Positions 9,671 through 18,975 of a DNA stretch of 64,000 nucleotides are shown here, piece after piece (the first letter of the stretch is position 1; each line of letters opens with the position of its first letter). Source of the stretch: Oligoflexia bacterium (GTDB lineage Bacteria > Bdellovibrionota_C > UBA2361 > SZUA-149 > DAOLCO01); assembly GCA_035327825.1 (NCBI GenBank), contig DAOLCO010000006.1, positions 59,308 to 123,307 of the forward strand, written 5' to 3'. Under the pieces are notes generated by a model. It saw only the letters and a list, made by a program, of their open reading frames with translations, had not been told where the DNA came from and ran no database searches. The translations under genes and the position numbers were made by a program.

Positions 9671-10549
9671 CTATGATTCATTATTTGAATATGCTTCATA
9701 ATGCACACCCAAATGACCAAGTTCACTTTTAACAATGTTCTCAACTTGCGGAGACCGAAGTACAAGCTCATCCAGGATTGTAAAAAAGCCGTTCTTAACA
9801 AGAATTTCAGCATACAAAGGAGTATTTAGTTTTTTTTCCCCAGCTAAAATACCCGACCCTAGATATGCTACTGCAAGAGACATGGCTCCTTCAACATGAT
9901 AAACATGACCTTCTTTAATAAGTGTTTTCAGAATTTCTATCCCGGATTCCCGATCCTTTTCAGATTTTGAAAAAGCAAGTTTTCTACCTTCAATCAAAAG
10001 CTTCAGTTCCCGGACAAGAATTACTTTTGAATCGAATCCTAATTCATTCTTTGAAGTAGATCCTCGAATATCAATAAGAGATTGCGAATCAGGAGATAAC
10101 GAGCCTCTTAATAGATGACTCAATTCTCCGTATGTAGTATCTTTGTATTCCTTGTCTAACCTTTCTGATTCGTCAAGTAGGCGACCAATTTGATCTGTTA
10201 AATCATTATCAACTGATCCGTCTTCTGAAACAGCATCTGACTGCTTTAAAGATTGAACCTTTTTAAATAAATCAATAGTGTTACTATAGGCCAATGACGC
10301 CTCTTCCTGTCTTAGTAACTGAGCTGATCTGTATTCATTTCCAAACCATATCAGAGCAGCTAATAGAACAACTGTAAAAGCCAAACGTTGCCAATTATCC
10401 TCAAGGAAGCTAACAATATCAAAATCACTTTTACCGATAATTGTGCTTCTAGAATCAACATCAGCATCATTATTTTTGGAAGGATTATCAGATGATTTTT
10501 GGTTTATATCGTCTTTCCAGACTTTTATTTGTTTATTTGAATCGATCAC
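9671..10549 (-). CDS. membrane-anchored hypothetical protein (single N-proximal TM, helical periplasmic domain)
   Basis: 292 aa. TM LAFTVVLLAALIWFG. Remainder is helical and charged, loosely YfgM/TPR-like. Confidence 0.4.
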   Translation of the reverse strand: MIDSNKQIKVWKDDINQKSSDNPSKNNDADVDSRSTIIGKSDFDIVSFLEDNWQRLAFTVVLLAALIWFGNEYRSAQLLRQEEASLAYSNTIDLFKKVQSLKQSDAVSEDGSVDNDLTDQIGRLLDESERLDKEYKDTTYGELSHLLRGSLSPDSQSLIDIRGSTSKNELGFDSKVILVRELKLLIEGRKLAFSKSEKDRESGIEILKTLIKEGHVYHVEGAMSLAVAYLGSGILAGEKKLNTPLYAEILVKNGFFTILDELVLRSPQVENIVKSELGHLGVHYEAYSNNES

Positions 10550-10611
10550 TGGACTACTTCCTATTATTAAAGCGATTATCAGGATGGTAATAAATATCCC
10601 AAAATTCAGTT

Positions 10612-11367
10612 TTACATCTTATATTTAAAATCATCTGGACCCATATTAATCAACAAATCTTGAAGCTCCTTGTCACTTAATCCCTGTTGGCAAAGCTCTA
10701 GCAAATTAAAAAATTTAGGAGACAAAAGTTCGCTATTAATTGAACTCCTGCCACATTTGCCGGTTTCGTCATTTAAGCCAGTAAAATTTTCTTCAGGTAA
10801 ACTGTTTTCTGAGCCTTGTGTATCTTCTGATCCCTTTAAATTATTATCATTCATGTCCTCGGAAAAATCATAGTCTCCAAAGCTCCCCATATTTTCATTA
10901 GAATTTAAACTACCATCATCAGGAGGGGCAGTTGGTACAAGTTTAGCTTGTGCCTTTAGAAGCACCTCATTTCGGGCAAAAATGGGAGCATTACATCTAA
11001 TGGCAAGAGCGAGAGCATCACTAGGCCTTGCATCTAGCTCTTTAATCATCTCTCCATGCACAAGTTCAATACAGGCATAAAATGTATTATCTCTTAAAGA
11101 GACAATTATAATTCTACTAACTCTTGCTCCAAGTATCTCCAGAGATTCTTTAAGAAGATCATGTGTGTAAGGGCGAGACACATCTATATTATTAAGTGCA
11201 GTAACAATAGATGAGGCCTCGGGAACCCCAATCCAGATTGGCAAGCATGTGGAACTGTGAGGATCCTTAAGGACTATAATCGGAGAATTGGAGACAGGAT
11301 CAAGAACAAGTCCGCCAATTACCATCTCCAGTTCTCCTTCCTTACTTTGCCAATTTGAATCACTCAT
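10612..11367 (-). CDS. bifunctional nuclease (BFN/DUF151) domain protein with acidic C-terminal tail
   Basis: 251 aa. PIIVLKD......LPIWIGVPEA..I...L.......RPYTHDL and DARPSDALALAIR match the BFN domain. Confidence 0.7.
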   Translation of the reverse strand: MSDSNWQSKEGELEMVIGGLVLDPVSNSPIIVLKDPHSSTCLPIWIGVPEASSIVTALNNIDVSRPYTHDLLKESLEILGARVSRIIIVSLRDNTFYACIELVHGEMIKELDARPSDALALAIRCNAPIFARNEVLLKAQAKLVPTAPPDDGSLNSNENMGSFGDYDFSEDMNDNNLKGSEDTQGSENSLPEENFTGLNDETGKCGRSSINSELLSPKFFNLLELCQQGLSDKELQDLLINMGPDDFKYKM

Positions 11368-11536
11368 CAGAATCTGTTCTTTGAAATATTTTAAATGTGA
11401 TTAGTTGCTTAATAGCACTAAAACTCCCGACACAAAACCTGCAAATCAAACAGGAATCTATATGACTAATACATTAAATACAGTTGTAATAACTTAGTTT
11501 CTGGTTCAATTATTAATATTTCAACAATATACTATT

Positions 11537-13018
11537 TTAATCGGATTTAGACAGGAGTATTTTTCTGTATTTGTCCGTAATTGATCTAAGACCATGAGGA
11601 GAAGCCCTTACAACATTAGCTAATATAATATCTCCACAATTCACCTGGTCGGATAAATTATCAACTGACAAAAGCTCAATTGGAACGTTATGCAAGGTAC
11701 GACCACGATATGACTTGATATTTAATCCCTGATTTTCAAGTTTATTTTCATTCATTTCTGAAGATATTTCTTTAGGTCCGGTTTCTACCAGTAATTCAAC
11801 CTTACCGTTCATGTAGCTATTGTTAATTTCAAGTCCAATACTATCCTGAACTGACTGAAGATACTGAAGGCGTTGATTTTTTATATCCTCTGGCACCTCA
11901 TCCCTATCTGTATAGATTTCTTTTGCGCTGGTATTTGGCCGAATAGAATACTTGAAAGAATAGCAGCTATGGTACCTGACACTTTCAACAACTTTTATTG
12001 TCTCCATAAACTCTGAGTCAGTTTCACCAGGAAAACCAACAATTATATCAGTTGAAAGTGCAATTCCTGGCACACTATTCTTAAGTGACTCAACAATATC
12101 AAGATAGCGTTCAACTTTATAATTTCTGTTCATAGCCCGAAGAACTCTATTGTTACCAGACTGAAGAGGCAAATGTATATGAGGACAAAGGCTAGGAATA
12201 TCTTTATATAATTCAAGAAAATCTCTTTTTACTTCTGCTGGATGAGGCGAAGTAAATCGGATTCTTTTTACTCCATCAATGTCAGAAACACGTTTCACAA
12301 GTTCAGAAAATTTTACTCGAGGGGTTAAATCAACACCAAAAGAGTTAACAGTCTGGCCAAGCAGCATCACCTCCCGAGCTCCCATCCGGACTTTTAGTCT
12401 TATCTCTTTAAGAATTTCATTAACATCCCTGCTAACTTGCCTGCCTCTTGTGCCAGGGACAACACAATAGGTGCAAACCTTGTCGCATCCACGTTGAATC
12501 GCCACCAGTGCCCTGACAGATGAATTAAAAGCTGAGCGAACAATTGACTGTTTATCCGGAAGTGCATCAAATTCATCATCCAACTCCTCCCACTCATCGC
12601 GAAAATCTATTGCTACCTGCTTTACTCTTTTTTCGATACTTGTTCTTACAAGCGAAGGAACAAGTGACAGGTTGTGTGTTCCCACTACAAAATCTACACT
12701 TGGACTTTTGCGCAAAATATTTTCACCTTCTTGCTGTGCAACGCACCCACCAACTCCTATTACGAGATCAGGTTTTATTTCTTCCTTTATTTTTCTAAGT
12801 CTTCCTAGCATTCCATACAATTTGTGCTCGCCCTTTTCTCTTACACTACAGGTATTAACAATTGCCAAATCGGCTTCTTCCATAGTATCAACCCGAATAT
12901 AATCTTTTGAAAGAAGCATAAGCATTTTTTCGGTGTCATACTCATTCATCTGACAACCAAAAGTCTTTACAAAGACTTTTTTTTGTTCATTCAATTTTAT
13001 CTGTTCTTTTTGATCCAC
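11537..13018 (-). CDS. miaB: tRNA methylthiotransferase, MiaB family (radical SAM, TRAM domain)
   Basis: 493 aa. MTTase N-domain (VKTFGCQMNEYD...NTCSV), radical-SAM CxxxCxxC (CDKVCTYC), C-terminal TRAM. Confidence 0.8.
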   Translation of the reverse strand: MDQKEQIKLNEQKKVFVKTFGCQMNEYDTEKMLMLLSKDYIRVDTMEEADLAIVNTCSVREKGEHKLYGMLGRLRKIKEEIKPDLVIGVGGCVAQQEGENILRKSPSVDFVVGTHNLSLVPSLVRTSIEKRVKQVAIDFRDEWEELDDEFDALPDKQSIVRSAFNSSVRALVAIQRGCDKVCTYCVVPGTRGRQVSRDVNEILKEIRLKVRMGAREVMLLGQTVNSFGVDLTPRVKFSELVKRVSDIDGVKRIRFTSPHPAEVKRDFLELYKDIPSLCPHIHLPLQSGNNRVLRAMNRNYKVERYLDIVESLKNSVPGIALSTDIIVGFPGETDSEFMETIKVVESVRYHSCYSFKYSIRPNTSAKEIYTDRDEVPEDIKNQRLQYLQSVQDSIGLEINNSYMNGKVELLVETGPKEISSEMNENKLENQGLNIKSYRGRTLHNVPIELLSVDNLSDQVNCGDIILANVVRASPHGLRSITDKYRKILLSKSD

Positions 13019-13066
13019 TTTTGATCTTAATTTTTTATTAAATACTCAATAATTTAAATAATTTTA

Positions 13067-14557
13067 CTAGCGAATATGCTTTAACCTGGAATGATACTCA
13101 AACATACCAGCCATTTGACTTCTTAGTGTCTTAAAAAATTGATAATATTCGGAATATATTTTAACAGCTTCTGGGTCAGGGTCGATTCGATCGTTGATCC
13201 GTATCATTTTTGATCCTGCCTCTTCCAGATTCTTATAAACTCCCCAGGCAACAAATGCTAGCATTGCATTACCAACTAGCGCTGTTTCCTCTCCTTCCGG
13301 CCTGCTGACGGGGGAATTAAATACATCTGAAAAGATCTGAGTCCAAATCCTGCTTGTTGCACCCCCACCTCCTATACGAAGTTCACTTATAATCTGATTA
13401 TGAGGATCAAGTGATTCCTTAACCATACAGAGAGAGAATGCAACACCCTCCATTATACTTCTTAACATATCCCGTTTTGAGTGATGCTCTCTTAAACCAA
13501 AAAAAACTCCACTTGCAAATGCACCAATACGTGCATCCCGTTCACCTGTAAGATATGGTAGGCAAAAAACTGGTGGTCCCTTCTTTTCACACAGGGCTGG
13601 CATATCATTAAAATCAAGAGGTGTTACTTTATCCCTTAACCAGTTAAGGGTAAGGGCTGCATTATTCAGAGCGCCTCCATTTAAAAATACATCTCTGGTC
13701 AGACAATAAGGTTGCAACCTCATATCCGGACTCTCGTCAAATATCGGAACATTTCCAGGTGCACGCATAAGGGCTGATGTTCCAATATTCATTACACCAA
13801 CACCCCGAGCAAGGCCGCTTAAACCTACTGCTAGAGCTCCACCATCATACAAACCCGGCAAAATCTCTACGCTGGTACTTGTGAGTCCTAATTCTCTTCG
13901 TACACTGTCCAGAACAGGTAATGCGGTGTGAGTCCCATCAACAACTCCAGGAAGCTGGTTACCCGAAATATCAAGCATCTCTAGGGCACTTTCATCCCAT
14001 TTGAATTTTCTAATATCAAATAACTGGGTAGCAGCAGCGATACTGCCTTCTGTAAGTATTTCACCTGTAAAAAGGTACAAAAGATAATCTTTAGATGATA
14101 GAAAATATCTTGTTCGATTATAAAGACCAGGGTTTTTCTTTTTAAAATAATAAAGTCGAGAAGATGGGTACTGAAACATCGGTGGACAACCGGTTCGAAG
14201 ATAAAGTGATTCCGTGTCAAAAGTCTTGCAAAACTCCGAATGTGTTTCACGAGCTCTTAAATCTGACAAAAGTGTAATTCCACCCAAAGGCTGCATATTC
14301 TCATCAATCAGAACAAGACCTAGCTGGTAGGTAGATATAACAATCTTTTCAATATCGTGTTTCCAACGGGAGGCCACATCTCTTGAAACAGATACTATTA
14401 AATCCCATAGTTCTGAAGGATTGTGTTCTGAAGCTCCCTGTTCAGGGCGGTGAACCGGACTCCTGACACGACGAAAGGCTTTTATCTGGCCATCTTCATT
14501 AACAACTCCTGCTTTTAGATTAGTTGTTCCAACGTCAATAGAAAGAACAAGACTCAT
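13067..14557 (-). CDS. FGGY-family carbohydrate kinase
   Basis: 496 aa. N-terminus LSIDVGTTNLKAGV; FGGY N- and C-domains. Confidence 0.75.
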   Translation of the reverse strand: MSLVLSIDVGTTNLKAGVVNEDGQIKAFRRVRSPVHRPEQGASEHNPSELWDLIVSVSRDVASRWKHDIEKIVISTYQLGLVLIDENMQPLGGITLLSDLRARETHSEFCKTFDTESLYLRTGCPPMFQYPSSRLYYFKKKNPGLYNRTRYFLSSKDYLLYLFTGEILTEGSIAAATQLFDIRKFKWDESALEMLDISGNQLPGVVDGTHTALPVLDSVRRELGLTSTSVEILPGLYDGGALAVGLSGLARGVGVMNIGTSALMRAPGNVPIFDESPDMRLQPYCLTRDVFLNGGALNNAALTLNWLRDKVTPLDFNDMPALCEKKGPPVFCLPYLTGERDARIGAFASGVFFGLREHHSKRDMLRSIMEGVAFSLCMVKESLDPHNQIISELRIGGGGATSRIWTQIFSDVFNSPVSRPEGEETALVGNAMLAFVAWGVYKNLEEAGSKMIRINDRIDPDPEAVKIYSEYYQFFKTLRSQMAGMFEYHSRLKHIR

Positions 14558-14598
14558 AACAACTCCGGGTAATATTCTATAAGCAAATAGGTATAAAT

Positions 14599-14649
14599 AA
14601 TATGCTCTGTAAACTAATATGCTCTGTAAACTAATATGCTCTGTAAACT
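14599..14649. repeat. perfect 3 x 17-bp direct tandem repeat (AATATGCTCTGTAAACT)
   Basis: Copies at 14599-14615, 14616-14632 and 14633-14649. Lies in the 5' region of the FGGY kinase gene and overlaps the stop codon of the dehydrogenase gene. Confidence 0.9.
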
Positions 14650-15670
14650 AGAATTTAAAAGTTCTTAATTTTGATGAATTATAAACATCGGGATTAGCAA
14701 GAAGTCCTGGCTTCTCCCCATTTCTGAACACAGCTTCAATGTCATCAACCATTGTTTGCCCCATTCCATATAACGATTCATCTGAATATCCTCCTAGGTG
14801 AGGAGTTATCAATACATTGGGAAATTCCAGGAGGCGATGATTGCCATCTATAGGCTCACCCTCAACTACATCGGTTGCATATGATCTGACTCGTCCGCAA
14901 GCCAGTGCATCAATTAGCGCATCCTCATCTAGTAACTCTCCACGACAAGTATTTACTAGCACAACGCCATGTTTAAGTCGGGAAAAAACATTACTGGAAA
15001 AGATTCTACCTGTTTCTTTGGTAAGTGGACAATGAAAAGATATCAAATCAGCTGTTTCAATTAATTGATCAAATGTGACTTTTCTTGCGTGACGCTTAAT
15101 AATCTCATTTTCAGACAAGTACGGATCGCAGGCAATCACTTCAGATTTAAAACCCAGACTCATTATTTCAGCAACTCTGCTTCCAATATTACCAAGCCCA
15201 AGAATTCCTATGATTTTTCCACCAAGCTCAGGTCCAAGAAAATTAGCCCGATCTTTCCAGCGAGAAGACTTGACAGCCTCATAGCCGGCATGCATAAACC
15301 TGCTTCCTGAAAGTGCAAGTCCAACCGCCATCTCTGCAACTGACTCCTGCTCTACCTCTCCCTTAACCCTGCTAACCATAATTCCCAACTCTGTTGCGCT
15401 TGCAAGGTCAACATTATCACAGCCGATTCCATGGCGAGCGAGCAAGATCAGGTCATTACATGCCGATAAACAGATTGAATCAAAACGAGGAGTGACGCTT
15501 GCAACAATACCATGTATTCCTTGAAGTTTTGAAGCCAGCTCTAAACTCTTAATATCCTGTGGAACATTTACAATTAGAACTTCACCTAGGCGCTTTAGTC
15601 TATCAATATGTTCAGGAAAATGCTTGCCATATGAACTTGAATTTACAATCGCGAACTTTAGATTTTTCAT
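14648..15670 (-). CDS. D-isomer-specific 2-hydroxyacid dehydrogenase family (phosphoglycerate-dehydrogenase-like)
   Basis: 340 aa. NAD-binding GKIIGILGLGNIGSRVA. Catalytic-domain layout of the D-2-hydroxyacid dehydrogenase family. Confidence 0.8.
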   Translation of the reverse strand: MKNLKFAIVNSSSYGKHFPEHIDRLKRLGEVLIVNVPQDIKSLELASKLQGIHGIVASVTPRFDSICLSACNDLILLARHGIGCDNVDLASATELGIMVSRVKGEVEQESVAEMAVGLALSGSRFMHAGYEAVKSSRWKDRANFLGPELGGKIIGILGLGNIGSRVAEIMSLGFKSEVIACDPYLSENEIIKRHARKVTFDQLIETADLISFHCPLTKETGRIFSSNVFSRLKHGVVLVNTCRGELLDEDALIDALACGRVRSYATDVVEGEPIDGNHRLLEFPNVLITPHLGGYSDESLYGMGQTMVDDIEAVFRNGEKPGLLANPDVYNSSKLRTFKF

Positions 15671-15926
15671 ATTACTCTGTTTAAATTTGCTAAATGAAAA
15701 TAAGAAATAATTCTTAACTGTTATCCAAAAAAATTGATACTTTGATCACTTGTAAATCTAAATCAAGACAAAAGGAAGCATAGATTAACCTACTGCAATT
15801 ACATGCTATTTTTTGTATAAAAAAATAAAACACATATTACAGCAAAAAACTCAAGAACTTATGGTAAGAAACCGAAAGATATAGGTCACTGATGAATTAA
15901 TGAACAATAATAAGGATGTAGAAATT

Positions 15927-16106
15927 ATGTCAATAAGTTCAGCGGCCGGGGTATCTACGGTAGTTCAAGCAAGTCTGATGAAAGAACAGGGTAAACAACA
16001 GGAAGCAGTAGTAAACAAACTTATAGAAAGTACAGGTTCCAGCTCACCAAATTCTAATAAAATAAATTTGAGTGGAAAAGGTGGGCTAGTTAGCTTATCT
16101 GCCTAG
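15927..16106 (+). CDS. YjfB-like putative motility protein (small Ser-rich protein); alternative start at 15900
   Basis: 59-68 aa. MSISSAAGVSTVVQASLMKEQ...KLIESTG... matches the YjfB motility-protein family. An AAGGA RBS precedes the ATG at 15927. Confidence 0.45.
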   Translation: MSISSAAGVSTVVQASLMKEQGKQQEAVVNKLIESTGSSSPNSNKINLSGKGGLVSLSA

Positions 16107-16120
16107 AATCAATTTTTGTC

Positions 16121-16190
16121 TCTAACCCTGATTATTAATCAAACACTGACCAAATTTATTATCGCAGTCTGATTAATAATCAGGGTTAGA
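16121..16190. terminator. perfect 20-bp inverted repeat with 30-nt spacer between convergent genes (bidirectional-terminator-like)
   Basis: TCTAACCCTGATTATTAATC (16121-16140) and its exact reverse complement at 16171-16190. Overlaps the stop of the 80-aa membrane-protein gene. Confidence 0.4.
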
Positions 16191-16428
16191 ACTTGGCAAG
16201 ACCAGGAACAAGTGACATTACGATAAATAATAAGGCAATTAAGGCTCCCATAACTCCTAAAAGAAAAACTGGCGATACAGTAGATCCCTTTAATCCATCG
16301 GCCATATACCTTAAAAGTAAAATAATGAATACTCCCCCTCCAATATAAAACCAGTTCAACCCTTCCAGATATTTTTCACCATCTTTAAACAGCTCTAATG
16401 CCATTTCCTTAATCAATTCATAATCCAT
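16186..16428 (-). CDS. small membrane protein, hypothetical
   Basis: 80 aa. Two predicted TM helices (GGGVFIILLLRYM; VFLLGVMGALIALLFIVMSLV). Confidence 0.35.
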   Translation of the reverse strand: MDYELIKEMALELFKDGEKYLEGLNWFYIGGGVFIILLLRYMADGLKGSTVSPVFLLGVMGALIALLFIVMSLVPGLAKF

Positions 16429-16783
16429 ACGACCGTCCAGATTGGGAAAACTTTTTTATACAATAATGTGAAATAATACCGATAGAAGTAGTCAAATTTA
16501 TAAGCTTGAACAATAGAAAAAATTACTCAGAAACAGAATAATTACCTAAACCAAATCTTTAAACTTACTAATTAAGTATGATAATCTAATTAGATATAAA
16601 AAATGAAAGATCAGAGACATACCAACTGTTTCATTTTTTAAACAAAACTCTACTGAGATTCAATATATCGTAATTTATTTTGTATATTCTGCAATAACAA
16701 TAATTGATTTTCCCCTAAAGTTCCCCTGGTGATTACCAACTGTCTTATGTATAATCGAAACATAATCAGAGAATCGCATAACT

Positions 16784-18286
16784 ATGAATGATGAAGATTT
16801 AGAAATGCTGACCACCGAGAAATCTCAGATTGAGATCTTTGACTCAAATTTCCCTGAAAAGGGTAGCTTTGGAGTCAGGGCAACATATCTCGGAACTAAA
16901 TCCTTTTTCTACATTTATCTTGAGAATGGAAAAAAGAAGCGAATTACTATCGGAAGATTCCCTGCCCTATCTGTATCAGAGGCTAGAAGCAAAGCAGTGG
17001 CTCTTGCCAGAAAACTCAGACTTGGAAAAGTAGTTAGATTTCAGAATTCAGGAAATTCTTTTAACATTAAAAACATAGAAAATAATGATATTAGCTTTTC
17101 TCAACTTTCTGCAAGGTATTTACATCACCTTCAAATTTCCGGAAAAAGTCTTAAGACAAGAACTGAGTATCAAAGACTTTTAAACAAGGAGATACTTCCA
17201 TATCTTGGAGAAATACCTGTTAGGTCAATAAATAGGCTTGTTCTAAGAAAAATACTCGAAGATATCTCATTTCAGAGGGGGAAAAGAATACTTGCAAACC
17301 GAACCAGATCTCTTCTTTTTAGCATTTTTGAATTTGCAATTGATCGAGATATTAGGTCTATTAATCCCGTAGCAAAAATTGAAAAACTCCGTGAAAATCA
17401 ATCAGATCAACCCCTACTTACAATTGATGAATTTCGAAGTCTTTATTTTTTAACGAAGAGCAAATATTCCCAAAGCTCACGTGCTTTAACTTTTATAATA
17501 GGAAGCGGAATACCGCTTTCCAATGTGCTTTCATTAAAATGGAGTGATATCGTTCACAATCTCTGGTTTACAAAAGAAGAAAAAAATAACAAGGTAATGA
17601 GTCGACCACTATTCTTAAACCAGATTGCAATGGATGTACTCAAGGCTCAATCCATTAAACGCCCTATCTGTATATATGTTTTCAGTAGCAGAAATGACAA
17701 ACCACTAAAGTATCTTGAAAAAAGTATTAACAAATTCGGAATAGAGGCTAATATATCCGTGAAAGTTTCTTACAGGGTATTAAGAAGATCTCTTAAGAAC
17801 ATTGTTGCTGATTATGGTGCACTTCTTGATCCACCCCTTACTAAAGAAGAATATAATGATTTCTTCAATATTAATACTTCAAAAAATCATACTATAAGCA
17901 ATTCATCTGCTTTGCTCTCACAAGAAAAACTTTCTGTAAATCAGAATTCAAGTGGAGTTGCCTCCGGGGAAATTGGCCCTTCAAATAAAATGAACAAATC
18001 TCATCCTGATAATTCTGATACAAGAGGAATTAGGGTATCAAGATTAATTAACAGGTTATTGATTTTAAATACCGACTCTCTGGAGTTGGAGAAAAGCAAA
18101 CTTTCCAGATTGAATATGAGGCGACACGGAGATCGAAGGCGCAAGTCTCAAATGATAAATAATCATGACTTGATTATTTCAGTATCCCAGAATAATCACA
18201 AAACAATCACTAAAAAAACTGAAAATAAATATACCAGTACAGGTAAATTAATTTTCCTCGCAGACTTTCCCCGAAATAAAAGGTAA
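16784..18286 (+). CDS. P4-type tyrosine-integrase-like protein with degenerate catalytic motifs and long low-complexity C-terminal tail
   Basis: 500 aa. N-terminal arm-binding DUF4102-like segment (GSFGVRATYLGTKSFFYIYLENGKKKRITIGRFPALSVSEARSKA) and core-binding domain. Catalytic-domain alignment positions lack the box I Arg (GSGIPLSN) and box II reads SYRVLRRS instead of HxLRxT. C-terminal ~170 aa is Ser/Asn/Lys-rich. Confidence 0.6.
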   Translation: MNDEDLEMLTTEKSQIEIFDSNFPEKGSFGVRATYLGTKSFFYIYLENGKKKRITIGRFPALSVSEARSKAVALARKLRLGKVVRFQNSGNSFNIKNIENNDISFSQLSARYLHHLQISGKSLKTRTEYQRLLNKEILPYLGEIPVRSINRLVLRKILEDISFQRGKRILANRTRSLLFSIFEFAIDRDIRSINPVAKIEKLRENQSDQPLLTIDEFRSLYFLTKSKYSQSSRALTFIIGSGIPLSNVLSLKWSDIVHNLWFTKEEKNNKVMSRPLFLNQIAMDVLKAQSIKRPICIYVFSSRNDKPLKYLEKSINKFGIEANISVKVSYRVLRRSLKNIVADYGALLDPPLTKEEYNDFFNINTSKNHTISNSSALLSQEKLSVNQNSSGVASGEIGPSNKMNKSHPDNSDTRGIRVSRLINRLLILNTDSLELEKSKLSRLNMRRHGDRRRKSQMINNHDLIISVSQNNHKTITKKTENKYTSTGKLIFLADFPRNKR

Positions 18287-18326
18287 ACACCAAAAATGAA
18301 AATCTCCAGAAAATCCGGAAGGCTAC

Positions 18327-18899
18327 TTACTTGTATCCAATTGCCTTAAACAGAGCCCTGACCCATGACGGCTCTTCTCCTTCAACAAGACCAGAAGAGA
18401 ATTTTTCGAGCAGGCTCTCCAGCTCATTAGCATCAAACCATATCCCACCTGAATCAGGACAACGATCAAGAACTATACCTTCAAGCTCAAATAGCTCCAT
18501 AGGCTTACCCGTTACTGGACTTGGTCTTGCTCCATGGGATTCCCTTGCTACTTTTAAAACTCCATGAGCAATGTCATCTTTAGATTGCTCAGCAAGTGTT
18601 TTGAAAAAAGCGCTATCCCACTCAACACCAGATGAAATTGCCTCTTCAGATGAATTATCAGCAAAAAGCCGATCTAACTGATCAGCTTCAAGCCAGCAAC
18701 CTTTTGAGTCTTCGCAAATATAAGTGATCACTCCACATAGTACAGACTCTTTAAGAGGCTTACCTGTAACAGGGGAAAGTTTCTTGCTAGCTTCAAGCTT
18801 CTTTGCAAGCATCTCCAATGCTTCCCTGTTCTTTTTCTCAAAGTAAGAATCTTCCAAAGCCTTACCTCTCTCGTCAAAACCCTTAAGAGTCATCTGCAC
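18327..18899 (-). CDS. hypothetical protein with two tandem Cys-depleted TFIIB-type zinc-ribbon-like repeats
   Basis: 190 aa. Repeats SPVTGKPL...CEDSKGCWLEADQLDRL and SPVTGKPM...CPDSGGIWFDANELESLL resemble the C..CGG.W.D..EL zinc-ribbon motif with partial ligand loss. Confidence 0.45.
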   Translation of the reverse strand: MQMTLKGFDERGKALEDSYFEKKNREALEMLAKKLEASKKLSPVTGKPLKESVLCGVITYICEDSKGCWLEADQLDRLFADNSSEEAISSGVEWDSAFFKTLAEQSKDDIAHGVLKVARESHGARPSPVTGKPMELFELEGIVLDRCPDSGGIWFDANELESLLEKFSSGLVEGEEPSWVRALFKAIGYK

Positions 18900-18975
18900 C
18901 TCAATATGATTAATTTCTCATGATAAAATATATAAACAATAAATAAATTAAAAGTAAGCCTGGTTCAGACCTTAT

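Noticed and set aside
15671-15926. Sigma-28 (TAAA-N15-GCCGATAA) or sigma-54 promoters upstream of the YjfB-like gene and flgE
   Set aside because: Only partial matches, for example CCGAAAGA upstream of the YjfB-like gene and ACCGCCATAG upstream of flgE. These are too weak to call without a position-weight matrix.
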